Positions 45,628 through 62,203 of a DNA stretch of 64,000 nucleotides are shown here, one piece after another. The notes beneath the pieces are model-generated. The model was not told the origin of the DNA. It did not search any database and saw only the letters and a list, made by a program, of their open reading frames with translations. Source of the stretch: the human T2T-CHM13v2.0 reference genome, Homo sapiens. Every line of letters starts with the position of its first letter. Position 1 is the stretch's first letter. Location of the stretch: the NCBI RefSeq assembly GCF_009914755.1, contig NC_060929.1; one strand, 5' to 3'. Both the position numbers and the translations under genes were made by a program.

Positions 45628-45790
45628 AAAAAAACTGATTGAATTTTAGGAAAATATTTTCCTGACTGAGGGGTCTCATGGTTGAGAAATGGAGTGAGAG
45701 AGACTTTCTGCATAAATCTAGGCAAGAAACAATTTTTAAAATTTGTAAAACAGTAAGTATTATATGAATACGCAGTTTTATTGCCTTTAG

Positions 45791-46126
<336 letters not shown>

Positions 46127-46974
46127 TTCTTCTGTTTTTTAATAGAATTTAAATTTAACAAGGTTAGTGAAGACATGAGGTTCAAATTTCACAAGTAATT
46201 TCTAGGTGTTCATTTGAATGTGTAATAAGGAATAAAGTTACCCCTATTTAAAAAAAAATTAAATTAGGATTATGAAGAAAAGAGTAACATGACCTCTAAT
46301 AAAGAAGAGTTTCCACTTATTGCATTTTTAAAATTTTTCAAACTCCAAGTGAGGTAATTTACATGCACTTACCATGGTTCCACTCAATCTGGTCCTTGTT
46401 TATATCTCTTAACTTAATTGTAGAAGCACTCTTCCTAGCTTACACACCCCTTATACTCCAGGCAGTCTGGCTTTTCTGTTCTTTGATCCACCAAGCTTGT
46501 TCTGACCTGAGAGACCTTACTGGCTGGGCTCTTCTGAAGGACCCAGCCTTTTGAAGACCTATTGGTGGGTCTCCAAAAGGCTGGCTCCTTCAGCTTTGTT
46601 CAGGCTTTATTCTATTCAGGTTTTAGCTCAAATATCACCTCTTCAGAGAGATCTTCTCTGACCATCCAGTCTAATGTGGTTCTTCCATCTGATCCCCAAA
46701 TCCCTGGTTACATAATTGATTTGGACAGCTGATCTGTTTAGCTAGCCATGCATCGCTCTCTGATACATATCACTCTGGAAGCTTTGCACTGGGTTACATA
46801 GTGCAATTTTCCCAGGTAGACTGTAAAGTTTCTCTTACCAAATGCACGTGAGTTGTCATGCCCTCCTGTTTAGAGAAATTCCATGATTTATTATTTTGGA
46901 ACATGAAGAAATCTTCTCTAATTGAATATATGCAATCCTCCAATTTACTAAGCATTTGGGGATTTTCATACTTA

Positions 46975-47430
<456 letters not shown>

Positions 47431-47576
47431 TTATTTGAAATGATTTAGGAATGTAGAGAAACCGTATCACTAAATATCTCAAAGGAAACATTTTAGGCCA
47501 TTTATAGTATCATTATTTTACTTAAGAATTTTAGGTGACCTTAATCTCAGAGGCAAAGGCTGAAGTTATACAAAAT

Positions 47577-47738
47577 GGCCAGGCACAGTGACTCATGCCT
47601 ATAGTCACAGCACTTTGGGAGACTGAGGTGGGTGGATTGCTTGAGCCCAGGAGTTCAAGACCAGCCTGGGCTACATGGTGAAACCTCATCTCTACAAAAA
47701 ATACAAATATTAGCCGGGTGTGGTGGTGCATGCTTACA
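47577..47738 (+). mobile_element. 3'-truncated Alu (left arm plus start of right arm)
   Basis: Stops abruptly ~25 nt into the right arm; no A tail. Confidence 0.75.
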
Positions 47739-47996
47739 GCCATCACATGAGACTATTTAAGATGGAGTTGCTCTGGTTCAAACGCCTCTGACACTTCCAT
47801 AAATAACTTAATGACTATATATTTTGTAGGCTATCACTGTCTATGATTCTCTGAGAGACAAGTCCATGATCATTGCAGAACCTTAAAGTAGTGGTACCAC
47901 ACCACTTGTTTCATTACATCTCATGGATACAAAGCAGATTTTCTAAGTGCAATAAGAAGGGCAAAAACAAACTGAACAAAGCGACAAAAGAAATCA

Positions 47997-48391
<395 letters not shown>

Positions 48392-48406
48392 TTATGGCCA
48401 CAGTAG

Positions 48407-48736
<330 letters not shown>

Positions 48737-48782
48737 CTCTCTACAGATTTTCTTCAGGGAAAATGTGAAAGTTGGTATGTTA

Positions 48783-49231
48783 TATGAAAGGAAAATAAAT
48801 CCTGGGGCTCCAAAATCACTAAGCCAAGCGAAAAGTCAAGCTGGGAACTGCTTGGGCAAACCTGCCTCCCATTCTATTCAAAGTCATCCCTCTGCTCATT
48901 GAGATAAATGCATATTTGATTGCCTCCTTTGGAGAGGCTAATCAGAAACTCAAAAGAATGCAACCGTTTGTCTCTTATCTACCTGTGACCTGGAAGCCCC
49001 CTCGCCACTTCAAGATGTCCTGCCTTTCCGGACCGAATCAATGTTCATCTTATATGTATTGATTGATGTCTCATGTCTCCCTAAAATGTGTAAAACCAAG
49101 CTGTGCTCGGACCACCTTGGGCATAGGTCCTTAGGACCTCCTGAGGCTGTGTCACACGTGCACATCCTTAACTTTGGCAAGATAAACTTCCTAAATTGAC
49201 TGAGACCTATCTTAGATTTTGGGGGCTCACA
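48783..49231 (+). mobile_element. MER4A-family ERV1 solo LTR
   Basis: gaaaggaaaataaatc..aaatcactaagcc..gaccaccttgggca..ctcaca. Confidence 0.82.
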
Positions 49232-50309
49232 GGAGGGAAAGACAAATATGGAAACAAATATTTTGAAGGCAACAAGCAGTTTTTGTACATACCGCTGAAA
49301 TAAGTGGCAAAAATCCACATTATGGGATGTGGATGGAGACACGGAGCCCCTCGAATGGTATAATTGGCTTCATTCACAGATGACCCTCCAGCAACAGAAC
49401 TACCTACTGATCGTAAATTCACCTGGGCAAATCATAAATTCAATATGAGTGACACTCATGAACAATGTGTACCTCATTCCACCACTAAAAGAAGATTCAA
49501 GAGTAGGTCCCACCTTCAACACCGTACAAGACAATGAAAAACAGTTTAAATGTGCAAAATGTGGGGCTTTTCATGTAATTTCACTTTTACTATTTAACAT
49601 TCACTTGATTAATATTGTCTGACTAAATCATGTAAAAGAGAATAACACTTGAGCTAGGCCTCAAAATATGGAGAAGTAAATTTATACAGGTAAATGAGGT
49701 AGATAGATTTCATAGTAATAAAACAACCAGAGGCATATTTCACAGATATTAGGATACTAGAGTGATCCTGTATTTTAAGTGCATGTACAGGTCTAAAGGC
49801 TTAAAATTGAACAATATTGTTTTTGAGGTTAATAGTTAAAAGAAATAATAAAGCAGGTCCTACAAGAGTTAGAAATAAATCTTCATGCGACCATAAAAAA
49901 TTTCCTAAACCACTGACATAGCACACTAATGTATTCAAATGTGCCCATGCAGCTGGAGCAGATACTGCCACAACAGTTGGTATAATCACAGATGGAAGGA
50001 TTATAATGGAAGTATAAAAGCAAAAGGGGATAAAGCAAAACTGAATGGCCTTAAATTAGGTGGTAAATCATTCCATTTTAAATCTTGTAGTTCGGAATTC
50101 AAACCAAGGGCCCCTGTTTGAGAAAAACCAATGGGAAATTTAGTAGACGTCATTCAGAAGGCACTGAAAAAGAACACTGCTTTTAAAATGGAAAAATATT
50201 TCAAATCACCTTAAAGTTCAATGGTAGCAGAACACTTAAGGAAATCATAGCACTACAACTTGAGGAAACAAGTCACTGAATATTGTAAACAGATGACATG
50301 GACATCTGG

Positions 50310-50840
50310 TATTTTTGTCTACCTAGCATCCCTGCTTTCCTTTCCAGTGACAGCATCCCTTTGTCTATTGTGGAACTGTGTCTCCTTTACCCTAATCATT
50401 TAATTTCTAGGGTACTTTCCTCTGTCAAAGGTGTGGGCAAGTGACCCAGGCCTGACCACTCATAATAATCTGTCTCCACAGCCACAGTGATTAGGCTGTT
50501 AGTCACATGACTCAAGTTGGGCCAATCAGAGCGTTTTCCTGGGAAATTGCTAGAAGAAAGCCTCTATTTCATTTGGGTTGGTAAACTGTGGTATTATAAG
50601 GTTGAAACTCCCTTCAGCTATATCCTCAGTTTGTCTGCAGTTCTTGAAAATGAAGCCAACATAGCAGAAAGCAGATCTGAGAGAAAGAGAGAAAATCCTG
50701 GTGGTATCATTTGACTTCCTAGACCTATTCATCTCAGAGCGGTACAACAACCCTTGTCTTTAGAGTTAAGAAAGTCAATACATCCCTTCTCCACACCCTT
50801 TTTTTTTTCATTTATTTTTTGTTAAGTTAGGGTTTGAGGC
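50310..50840 (+). mobile_element. Ancient MaLR LTR (MLT1K/L-like)
   Basis: gtgacccaggcc..ggccaatcaga..gaagccaacatagcagaaagcaga motifs. Confidence 0.5.
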
Positions 50841-50850
50841 ATCCTTTTTA

Positions 50851-51229
<379 letters not shown>

Positions 51230-51617
51230 CTAGCATAGGTTCATGACTCAGGATAACTTTACTTTGGCCCCAGGTTAGGTCTCCCAAAAGGTTTCCCAGC
51301 AGTCAAGTCATGGAGTCTCCTGCTGAGTCACCATGAAGCAGACCTCTACCTTGAGAGGCCTTGTTATCACCCCAATTCTTGACTTCTTCTGGTACCACCA
51401 TCTACTTTCACCTGAGCTACATAAAATGTTGAATTCATGTTGACTACTTGAATCTAACGGCTAGGATGCAGTGATGCTGCTAAACACCTTACAATGCACA
51501 GGAGAGCCCCCAGGAAAAAAGAATTATCTAGCCCTAATGTTAATAATGCCACTATTGACAAACCTTGGCAGAAGGGTAACAGGGTGATTTGTTTTCGTTA
51601 AAAAAGGTCTGATGTTG

Positions 51618-51782
51618 GCTGGGCATGGTGGTGCACACCTGTAGTCCTACCTGCTCAGGACTAGGCATAAGGATTGTTTGAGCCCAGGAGTTTGAGGCTG
51701 TAGTGAGCTGTGATCACACCACTGCACTTCAGCCTGGGCAACAGAGCAAGACCATGTCTTAAATTACAAATTAAAAAAAAAA
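51618..51782 (+). mobile_element. FRAM / Alu right monomer
   Basis: Single right-arm monomer with A tail. Confidence 0.7.
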
Positions 51783-52161
51783 GTCTGTAGTCTGCTCATC
51801 TGCTCATTAGAAGGAAAGGAGGAAAGGAAGGGAAGGAAGAAATGGAAAAGAAAGGAAATAAAGGGATAGAAGGCTATGGGAGAGAAGATGATAAAAAATC
51901 AGACATAAAGATAATTGAAAGTAAAGATACCTTATTTCTACTCCCATCTCTACAATTGACTGCCAGTGTGACCTCGACAAGCCACAGATTCTTTGGGAGT
52001 CGGTTTCCTCACTGGTAATATAGGGAATGGAGCTAGTTAGCCTGCTTCTGAGGTTCTTTCAGTTCAAAATTTCTATGACATTATCTTGGATAGTCAAACA
52101 GACTTAGGAAAAAATTAAGTTTTAATGCTGTATGTGCTCATAGCTATCTTTCTTTTAACAT

Positions 52162-52277
52162 AGAGACCGGGTCTCACTGTTTTGTGCAGGCTAGTCTTGA
52201 ACTCCTCAACTCAAGCAATCCTCTCTTCTTGGCCTCCCAGAGTGCTGGGATTACAGGCGTGAGCCACCACAACCGGC
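52162..52277 (-). mobile_element. FLAM / Alu left monomer
   Basis: Single monomer. Confidence 0.7.
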
Positions 52278-54738
52278 CCTCATGGCTGGTTTTAAGTCGT
52301 GGCATTCTGTGCTATCATGGACACAGTATAGGGTTTCTGTTTTTATCAACGTTTTTGGCATAAGTCACAGTGCCAGTTTAAAAAATTCAGGCCCAGTTGT
52401 CAGACTTTTTGTGAGGCATTGACAACAGAAAAAAGTAATATTGTCCATTTTTCAGTGCTCTTCTGTCAAAATTTCAATTTTTTTAAATTAAGAAAGAATA
52501 CATAGATCTGAACTCTCTTAAAAATTATCTGTTATGGGTATAAATGGGCAGGGAAACTGGCTTGGAATAAAGCAAATTAAAAGACATAAAAAAAAACTGA
52601 CTCTCCAGTCTAGCACATAAGGAGCTTAGAAGTTGCTACTCTGTCCTAACGAGTAAAAGGCTAAACAAACTGATAAAAAATCAACAATATTTTTAGATCT
52701 ATTACAGAGGTGAAGTCAAAGGGCTAAGTGCTGCCCCCAAAACTGACGAGACAGACAGATAAATGCAGAGAATCGCAACTTAGCAGAGCAGAAACCACCC
52801 CAGGAACTAGTGCTGGAGTAGGAAAAGTGGAACTGTACTTCACAAACTGCTGGAAACTAGGTATAGACAAACGTGAGTTTAAATCTCCAGGGGCACCCAG
52901 TCTTTGGGGCCCCCACTCTTTGGGAAGCTTTACTTCCAGGTGCCTGACCTGGTTCTTAGGGTGAATTTTGGAGAAAAATCCCTTCACGCTTCCTGCAGCG
53001 GGAGGAGGAAAGGAACCGTTTTGAAACAAACCAGAGCACTCTGTTCTGAACAAGGTCTGCTCTCAGGAGAAACTATTTTTCAGAGTCTGCCCAGCTGGGG
53101 TTTTATCAAAACCTAACCTACTGGAGGAAAGGAAAATATGTAACTCCAGCCTACTGTATCCATCCTGTCCCACCTAAGGGGAAAAAAACCCTGAAACAGC
53201 AACGGGACAGCTCACAGACCAGAGGCGCAGACTACCAAAAGATGGACACCTAATCGCAGGATGATAGACACTTCTTGTCCCCCCACATTTCACCACTCCA
53301 TTACTAAGGCAGTTTCTTGTATCTAGTACAGCATGTCCACCTTTCAACAACAATTTATAAAAAATACTGAAAGGAGAAAAAAAAACCCCTACAATTTGAA
53401 AAGACTAAAATAAACATCAAAACCAGATTCTGATATGTAGGAACGTTAGAATTACTAAACCAGGAATTTTTAAGAACTATGATTACTATGCTAAGGACTT
53501 TAAAGGGAAAACATGCAAGAGCAGGTGGATAATGTGAGCAGAATGATGGAAATTCTAAGATACAATCATGGACAATGCTAGAGATCAAAATACTGTAACA
53601 GAAAAGAAGAATGCCTTTGATGGACTTCTTAGCAGACTGGATGTGCCTGAGGAAGGAATCTCTGAGCTTGAGGATATGAAATAGAAACCTCCCAAACTGA
53701 AAAGCAAAGACAGAAAAGACTGGAAGAAAAAAAAACAGAAGAGAATATCTAAGAACCAGGAGACAGCCACTGTATGTGTAACATACAATAATGGGAATAC
53801 TAGAAGGAAAAGAAACAGAAGGAAGAGGAGCAGTATTTTAAGCAATAATAACTGAGAATTTTCCCCAAATTAATGTCAGACACCAAACAACAGATCCAGA
53901 AAGCTCAGAGAACACTGAGCAGGATCAAAGCAGGAAAAATGACACCTAGGCACATCGTATTCAAATGCCAGAAAACTAAAGATAAAGGAAAAATCCTGAA
54001 GGAAGCCAGAAGAAATACAGAGGAGCAAAGTAAGAATTACATTTGACATCTCAGAAACTGTGTAAGCAAGAAGACAGTAGAGTAAAATAGTTACAATGAT
54101 GACAGAAAAAAAACACCAGCCTAGAACTCTGCACCCTGTGAAATTATCTTTGAAAAGTAAGGAAAAATGAAGACTTTCTCATGTAAAAATTGAGCAAATT
54201 TTTTGCCAGTAGATCTGCCTTGCAAGAAATGTAAAAATAAGTTTTTCAGAGAGAAGGAAAATAATCTAGGTCAGAGACATGGATCTACATGAAGAAAAAG
54301 AAAAACATCAGAGAAGGAATAAGTAAAGGTAAAATAAAAACTTTTATTTTTCTTATTTTTAATTGGTCTGACAGTAGACAGTTTGTTCAAAATAGTAATA
54401 GCAACAGCAACGATGTATTTGAAGTTTGTTCAAAATAGTAATGTAACAATGTGCTCATGTGTAAATGAAAGAAATGACAGTAATGATACAAGGGATGGGA
54501 GGAAGGAATTAGGAATGTTTTGTAATTGTAAGACACTTGCACTCCTTGCAGAGCAGTATAGCATTACAAGGATACCAGGGGGATGTTGTGGGTTGGCTCC
54601 AGACCACTGCAATAAAGCAAATATTGCAATAAATTGAGTTATGTGAATTTTTTGTCTCCCAGTGCATACAAAAGCTATATTTACCCTATACTGTAGTCCA
54701 TTAAGTGTGCAGTTACATTATGTCATAAATTATGTACC

Positions 54739-55353
<615 letters not shown>

Positions 55354-56534
55354 TTAAAAATACTTTAATGCTAGAAAATGCTAATGATCATCAGATCCTT
55401 CAGCAAATTATAATCTTTTTTCTGGTGGAGGCTCTTGCCTCATTGTTGATGGCTGCTGACTGATCAGGGTAGTGGTTGCTGAAGGTTGGGGTGGCTGTGG
55501 CAATTTCTTAAAATAAGACAACAGTGAAGTTTGCTGCATCAATGGACTCTTTGTTTGATGGAAGATTTATCTGTAGCATGCAATACCATTTGATAGCATT
55601 TGACCTACAGTAGAATTTCTTTCAAAACTGGAGCCAATCCTCTCAAAACATATCACTGTTTTATTGACTAAGTTTCTGTAATGCTCTATATCAATTGTTG
55701 TCATCTCAACAATGTTCACAATATCTTCCCCAGGAGAAGTTTCCTTATCAAGAAACCACTTTCTTTGCTCATCCATAAGAAGCAACTCCTCATCTCATCA
55801 AGTTTGATCGTGAGATTGCAGCAATTCAATCCCATCTTCAGGTTCCACTTGTAGTTATCTTGCTATTTCCACTACAACTGCAGTTACTTCTTCCACAGAA
55901 CTCTTGAACCCCTTCAAGTCATCTGTGAAAGGGTTAGCATCAACTTCTTTCAAACTCCTGTTAATGTTCATATTTTGACCTCCTCTCATGAATCATGAAT
56001 GTTCTTAATGGCATCTAGAATAGTGAATGTTTTCCAGATTTTCAATAAATTTTTCCAGATCCATCTGAGGAATCACTATTTGTGACAGCCATAGCCTTAT
56101 GAAATATATTTCTTAAATACTAATACTTGAAAGTTGGAATGACTCCTTGATCCGTGGGTTGCGGAATGGATGTTGTGTTAGCATGCCTGAAAACAATATT
56201 AATCTCCTTGTACATCTCCATCAGTACTCTTGGGTGTCCAGGTGCCTTGTCATTGAGCAGTAATAATTTGAAAGGAATCCTTTTTTTTGAGCTGTAGGTC
56301 TCAACAATGGGCTTAAAATATTCAGTATACCATGCTGCAAACGGATGTGCTGTCGTCCAAGCTTTGTAGTTCCATTTCTAGAGCACAGGCAAAGTAGATT
56401 TAACATAATTCTTAAGGGCCCTAGGATTTTGGAGTGGTACATGAACATTGGCTTCAACTTAAAATCACCAGCTGCCTTAGCCCCTAACAAGAGAATCAAC
56501 CTGTCCTTTGAAGTGTTTGCTTGTTTATTTGTTT

Positions 56535-56639
56535 TATGGAATGCTTCACTAATTTGCACGTCATCCTTGTGCAGGGGCCATGCTAATCTTCTCTGTATCA
56601 TCCCAGTTTTTTTAGTATATGTGCTGCCAAAGCCAGCAC
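56535..56639 (-). pseudogene. U6 snRNA processed pseudogene (RNU6-P type)
   Basis: Minus strand reads GTGCTGGCTTTGGCAGCACATATACTAAAA..ACAGAGAAGATTAGCATGGCCCCTGC..TTCCATA. A-rich tail 56515-56534; TSD CCTTTGAAGT (56505-56514 and 56640-56649). Confidence 0.93.
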
Positions 56640-57241
56640 CCTTTGAAGTTTCGAAGCCAGGCACTGTCTTTTTCTCTCTAGCTGTAAAGGTCCTAGATAA
56701 CATCTTCTTCCAATACAACATTTCTTTCCCCCCACTGAAAATCTGTTTTAAGGATAGCCACATTTCATCAATTATCTTAAGTAGATCTGGAAAACTTGCT
56801 GCAGCTTCTACATCAGCACTTGCTGCTTCCCCTCACACTTTTATGTTGTGGAGAAGGCTTCTTTTCTTAAACCTAATGAATCAGCCTCTGCTAGCTTCTA
56901 ACTTTTCTTCTGCAGCTTTCTTACCTATCTCAGCCTTCATAGACTTGAACAGTTAGGGCCTTTGCTTGGATTAGGCTTTGGATAAAGGAATGTTGCGGCT
57001 GGTTTGATCTTCTACCCAGACCAGTAAAACTTAACTCCATATCAGCAATAAAGTTGTTTTGCTTTCTTAGCATTGTGCATTCACTGGAGTACACTTTTAA
57101 TTTCCTCCAAGAACTCTTCCTTTGCATTCACAACTTGGCTAATGGTTTGCCGCAAGACAACTAGCTTTCCGTCTATACAGACTTTTCAAAACGCCTTCCT
57201 CGTTAACCATAATTATTTCTGGCATTTGATTTAAAGTGAGA

Positions 57242-57538
<297 letters not shown>

Positions 57539-57577
<39 letters not shown>

Positions 57578-57663
57578 GTGTGTATATATATATGTGTGTG
57601 TGTATATATATACATATGTATGTATATATATACACACACACATATATATATACACACATATAT
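57539..57663. repeat. (TA)n/(TG)n/(CA)n compound microsatellite
   Basis: Directly visible in the sequence. Confidence 0.9.
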
Positions 57664-57905
57664 TGTGAGAATTACCAAAATGTGACACAGAGACACAAAG
57701 TGAGCAAATGCTTTTGGAAAAATGGTACCAATAAATTTACCTGATGCAGGGTTGCCACAAACCTCCAATTTGTAAAAAGCACAGTATTCACAGAGTGCAA
57801 TTAAGCAAGGTATGCCTGTATTCAAAAGTGGACTTGAATTCATTGTAAGTGTATATTGCAAATTTTAGGGCAACCACTTTAAAGATTTTAAGAAGACGCA
57901 TAAGT

Positions 57906-58197
57906 GACCAGGTGCACTGAATCACGCCTGTAATCCTGACACTTTAAGAAGTGGAGGGAGGAGGACTGCTTGAGCCCAGGAGTTCAAGACCAGTCTGGGC
58001 AACATAGCGAGACCCTGTCTCTACAAAAAATTTAAAAATTAGCCAGGCACAGTGGCATGCACCTATAATCTCAGCCATTTGGGAGGCTGGAGCAGGAGAA
58101 TTACTTGAGCCCAGGAGTTTGAGGCTGAATTGAGCCATGATCACACCACGGCACTCCAGCCTGGGCTACAGAGTGAAACTCCACCTTAAAAAAAAAA
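57906..58197 (+). mobile_element. AluJ
   Basis: Diverged dimeric Alu. Confidence 0.83.
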
Positions 58198-58624
58198 TGA
58201 AGTGGCATAATTGATATACTAAGAAAGAAGACTAAATGGAATCATATATTATAATATCATTCTATAATATATGATATATATATCATACATATCATTATAT
58301 AACTATATCATAATAAAATGCTCCATTAATACCTCAAAAGTCAGAAGAAGTATGGAAGACAAAAATAGGAACAAATAGCAAGGGCAACAAATAGAAAATA
58401 GTCACAAATATCACAGATATTAATCCAATTATATTAATAATTATATTTAAGAGTCAGCTGTCTAAATACTCCAATTAAAAGACAGATTGCCAGAGTGGAT
58501 CAAAAAATAAGACCCAGCTATATATTGTCTACAAGAAACTCTTTTAAGACATAGACACAAATAGATTAAAAGTAAAGGGATGGAGAAAGATATACTATGC
58601 TAACACTAATCAAAAGATAGTAAG

Positions 58625-58724
58625 GGCTGGTTGGAGTGCAGTGCTATTTACAATTAATTGATCATAACTGGTTACAGATTTATTTGTTCTCTCTCTACTT
58701 CCATTGCTTCACTTGACTAGCTTT
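58625..58724 (+). pseudogene. Y3 RNA processed pseudogene (RNY3-P type)
   Basis: ggctggttggagtgcagtg..aattgatca..ttacagatt..gcttcacttgactagcttt matches hY3 over its full length with substitutions. Confidence 0.9.
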
Positions 58725-58772
58725 GAAAGAAAGAAAGGAGAGAGAAAGAAAGAAAGAGAGAAAGAAGGAGAC

Positions 58773-58835
<63 letters not shown>

Positions 58836-58870
58836 AAAAGAAAGAAAAAGAAAGAAGAAAGAAAGAAAGA
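58725..58870 (+). repeat. (GAAA)n microsatellite derived from the Y3 retrocopy tail
   Basis: ~145 bp of GAAA/GA repeats directly after the Y3 3' end. Confidence 0.9.
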
Positions 58871-58884
58871 GGAAGTGTGGATCT

Positions 58885-59480
58885 TGGATCGTGACATCAG
58901 CAAGATGGTGGAATAGAACTTTCCAGCACTTATCCCCTCATAGAAACATCTATTTGAACAACTCTCCATGCATGAAAATATCTTCATAAGAGCTAAGGAA
59001 TTCAGTTGAGAGATTATGGCACTTGTGTGTAGCAGAGAATTACAAAAGGACCTACTGAAGAAAGTAGGAAGAACAGGTTCACATTTTCTGCATCACATCA
59101 CCCCTCCAAGCCAGGCAACACGACATGGAGAGAGATATCCTCCAAGTGGGGGAAGGAAAGTAAAGTGAGTCCCAGACTTTGCCACAGGCCTGGCACCAGT
59201 GTTGCTCCAGTGAAACTCAGTGCCGGGCTGGTTCGCATAGCCCTAGGCTCCAAGCTGGTACCTGCAGACTAAGCCTCCAGGCCTGCCCAGTGGCACACTA
59301 AACCCCACAACTCCAGGCTCCAGGCCAGTCCCCACAGATATAGGCTCCAAGTCACCCAGAACCAGGCCAGTCCCTGCTGCCCCAGACTCCAGGCTAGCCC
59401 CCGTAACTTCATGCTCCAGCAAACCCAGGATACAAGCCGACCCTAGCAGACTCCAGCCCCTGATAACCCAGGCACTGGGG
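58885..59480 (+). mobile_element. L1M 5' UTR fragment
   Basis: gtgacatcagcaagatgg(c/t)ggaatag start and ccaggctccaggcc-type repeats. Confidence 0.6.
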
Positions 59481-60079
59481 GTGAGCACCCCAATGTAAAC
59501 TATGGACTTCAGGTAGTAATGATGTGTCAATGTAGATTCATCAGTTGTAACAAATGCACCACTGTGGTGCCGGATGTCCATAGTAGGGGAGGTTGTGTGT
59601 CTGTGGGGATGGGGAGCATATATGCTCTCTATACTTTCCACTCAATTTTGCTATGAACCTAAAACTGCTCTAAAAATAAAGATTATTAAATTAAGAAAAC
59701 ATCAGTGAGTAGGACTTATATGTGCTCATATGAAAACAAGATATTTATGTGTGTTTATATGAAAATACCTTCTATTATCTTATAGAATGTTTCCATCCAT
59801 CTAAAAACATGTAGTGTATATTTGTAGAAAATTTCTAAAACCATACCTGTGAAATGATTCACAGTATTTGCACAATGGGGTCAGAGATAGAATATAGTCT
59901 AAGCTCCATGAGATACCCTTTTTTACTTTTTGCATTTCTAACATGCACATATATTAATTTCTAATAAGAAAATGTTTTTAAAAAGCAAGAAAAGAAGTAA
60001 CTTGTGACAATTAGGGAAATGTGAATATAGACTATATATTAGATGATATTGAATTTAAACTCTCCTTAAAAATATGTGT

Positions 60080-60460
60080 ATCCACCATGGAATACTACGC
60101 AGCCATAAAAAGGAATGATATAATTTCTTTTGTGGGAACATGGATAGAGCTAGAAGCCATTATCCTTAGCAAGCTAACGCAGTAACAGAAAACCAAATAC
60201 CATATGTTCTCACTTAGAAGCGCTAGCTAAATGATGAGAACTTATGAATACAAAGAAGGGAACAATAGACACTGAGGCCTCCTTGAGGGTGGAGGGTGGG
60301 AGGAGGGAGAAGAGTAGAAAAAATAACTAATGGGTACGAAGCTTAATACCTGGGTAGTGAAATAATCTGTACAACAAACCCCCATGACACAAGTTTACCT
60401 TTATAACAAACCTGCACATATATCTCCAAACCTAAAGTAAAAGTTAAAAATAGATAAACG
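60080..60460 (+). mobile_element. Old L1PA 3' end
   Basis: ccatggaatactacgcagccataaaaagga..acaaacccccatgacacaagtttacct. Confidence 0.8.
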
Positions 60461-62023
60461 ATAAATGAAAAAATTAAAATACAAAAAAGTTTATCAAGTA
60501 GAAAAATTGATGGAGCATATAAATATTTGATGGATCTAGGTGAAGAGTATACATGTATTCATTGTTTTCTTCTTTCAACTTTTCTATGGGTTTGAAAATT
60601 TACTTTTGAAACCAACCAAAAAGAAAACACACCTGTAATCTCAGGGTTGTAAAGTCTCTTGAAGTTCTAAACAACTTCTTCAATGTTTCTAATGAAGAAT
60701 AGACTGTAGTATGAAAGTGGAAAGCCTCAGATGACCTCATTCACCCACATCAACTGATCTGTGCGACTGCTGCACGTTATTTTGTAAAAACAAAACATTC
60801 ACTGATGAAGGAAATAGATTATTAACTTTCAATTAAATGTGATAATAAAGGAAATTTGGTAATCATGTAAACACTGATTATCAAGCAAACAAAATAAACC
60901 AGAAAAATACAGGATATTTTCAGGAAATGCACTTGCCCAATTATCCCCATGACTTATTTTCATATCTCCAGTTTCAGTAGAAAAAATTATCTCCCTTCGC
61001 TTCTCCCAAATTCAAGCACTGAAAATCAGTGTAAAAGATGTCATGATATTTTAACATGTGATGAGCATTATTGTATAGTGTATGATAAAACATTTTTGTA
61101 CATGATGTCTACATCTTGGAAATGTTAAATAGGTTTTCACATATAAGACTAATTTGTAAGTACATCAGAGGCATAGAGTTCATTACAATTTCATCATTAT
61201 TTGTCAACCAGTTGAGTTATGAAGGAGAAAGGCAAGACACTATGCTTGACTGGTGCAGATATGCCATCCTAGCCAATTATATAGGATTTCTCTTAAGTCA
61301 AAGGCACTGAGAGCTCCTACTTCAGGATAGCAGCTGGAACAAAAATGTATAATACTACAACAGGCAGTAGTCACACTGCCAATTAGTTGCAGAGGTGGGA
61401 CTTGAACTGTTTTCTCAAGTCACTCAAATAAAAGTGCTCAGAGAATACGTGTTTTATCCTCTAGGAATCAATGCATTTCCTTCTGCCTGCAGAAAGGAAA
61501 CAAATGCCATCTGCATCATCTTTTAAACCATAATGTGTATCTCTTAGCAAAGGTAGGAGATAGGCTTTATTTTAAAATATCTAACTCCAATATCATTCCC
61601 ATATGTGTTCCCACTGAATGATTCTAATAAATCATAGGGTTAAACAAATTATTCTGGACCAATTTTAACAAAGGTAGTAAATGTCTTCACTTAGATTACA
61701 TATTTCTCAAGGGCAGGGACTATATCTTACACCTCTTGATGTCTCTCCTTCCAGCACAGTACCCTACAGATTTGATAAAAGAGATTACTAATGATGTTTA
61801 AAATAATGATAATGTTGATAATCACTTCCTGCAATGGAAATAAAGAGAACTGCTAAATCTAGCAACCCAACAGAATCTTGGGAAGACAATAGTTTTTTTT
61901 TTTTTATAGTTTAAAAAAAAATTCCTCAAGAGTCTATTGTTTGAAGAGTTTAGCAAAGGTTATAAAATTTAATTAACTCAGAGAGAGTGAAGAATACTTG
62001 AGAAGATTTTATTTTCCCTTCAT

Positions 62024-62203
62024 AATTGCAATCGATATGATAAAATTGTCCTCAAGCAGTCATTCCTGTCACATTAACATAAACAGTTAGTTTGAAGTCT
62101 CAAATGATATATTCCCCCATTGTCTCATGTTTCTTGACTGTTAAGGTTAATAGAAAGGGCCTACATTCATTAGAATAACATTGTACTAAAAATGTAATCT
62201 GAC
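62024..62203 (+). repeat. 180-bp interspersed direct duplication, copy A (partner 63521-63700)
   Basis: Hand alignment 170/180 identical, no gaps. Confidence 0.93.

Noticed and set aside
54380-54442. 20-bp direct repeat agtttgttcaaaatagtaat x2, and similar micro-duplications inside Alus (2231-2260, ~3792-3835)
   Set aside because: Ordinary slippage duplications within repeats; no sign of function.
56221-56956. 180-aa and 203-aa ORFs as an intact or domesticated transposase
   Set aside because: Frameshifted Tigger1 fossil interrupted by U6 and Alus; N-terminus apparently deleted.
58704-58989. Lys/Glu/Arg-rich ORFs
   Set aside because: Translation of a (GAAA)n microsatellite.
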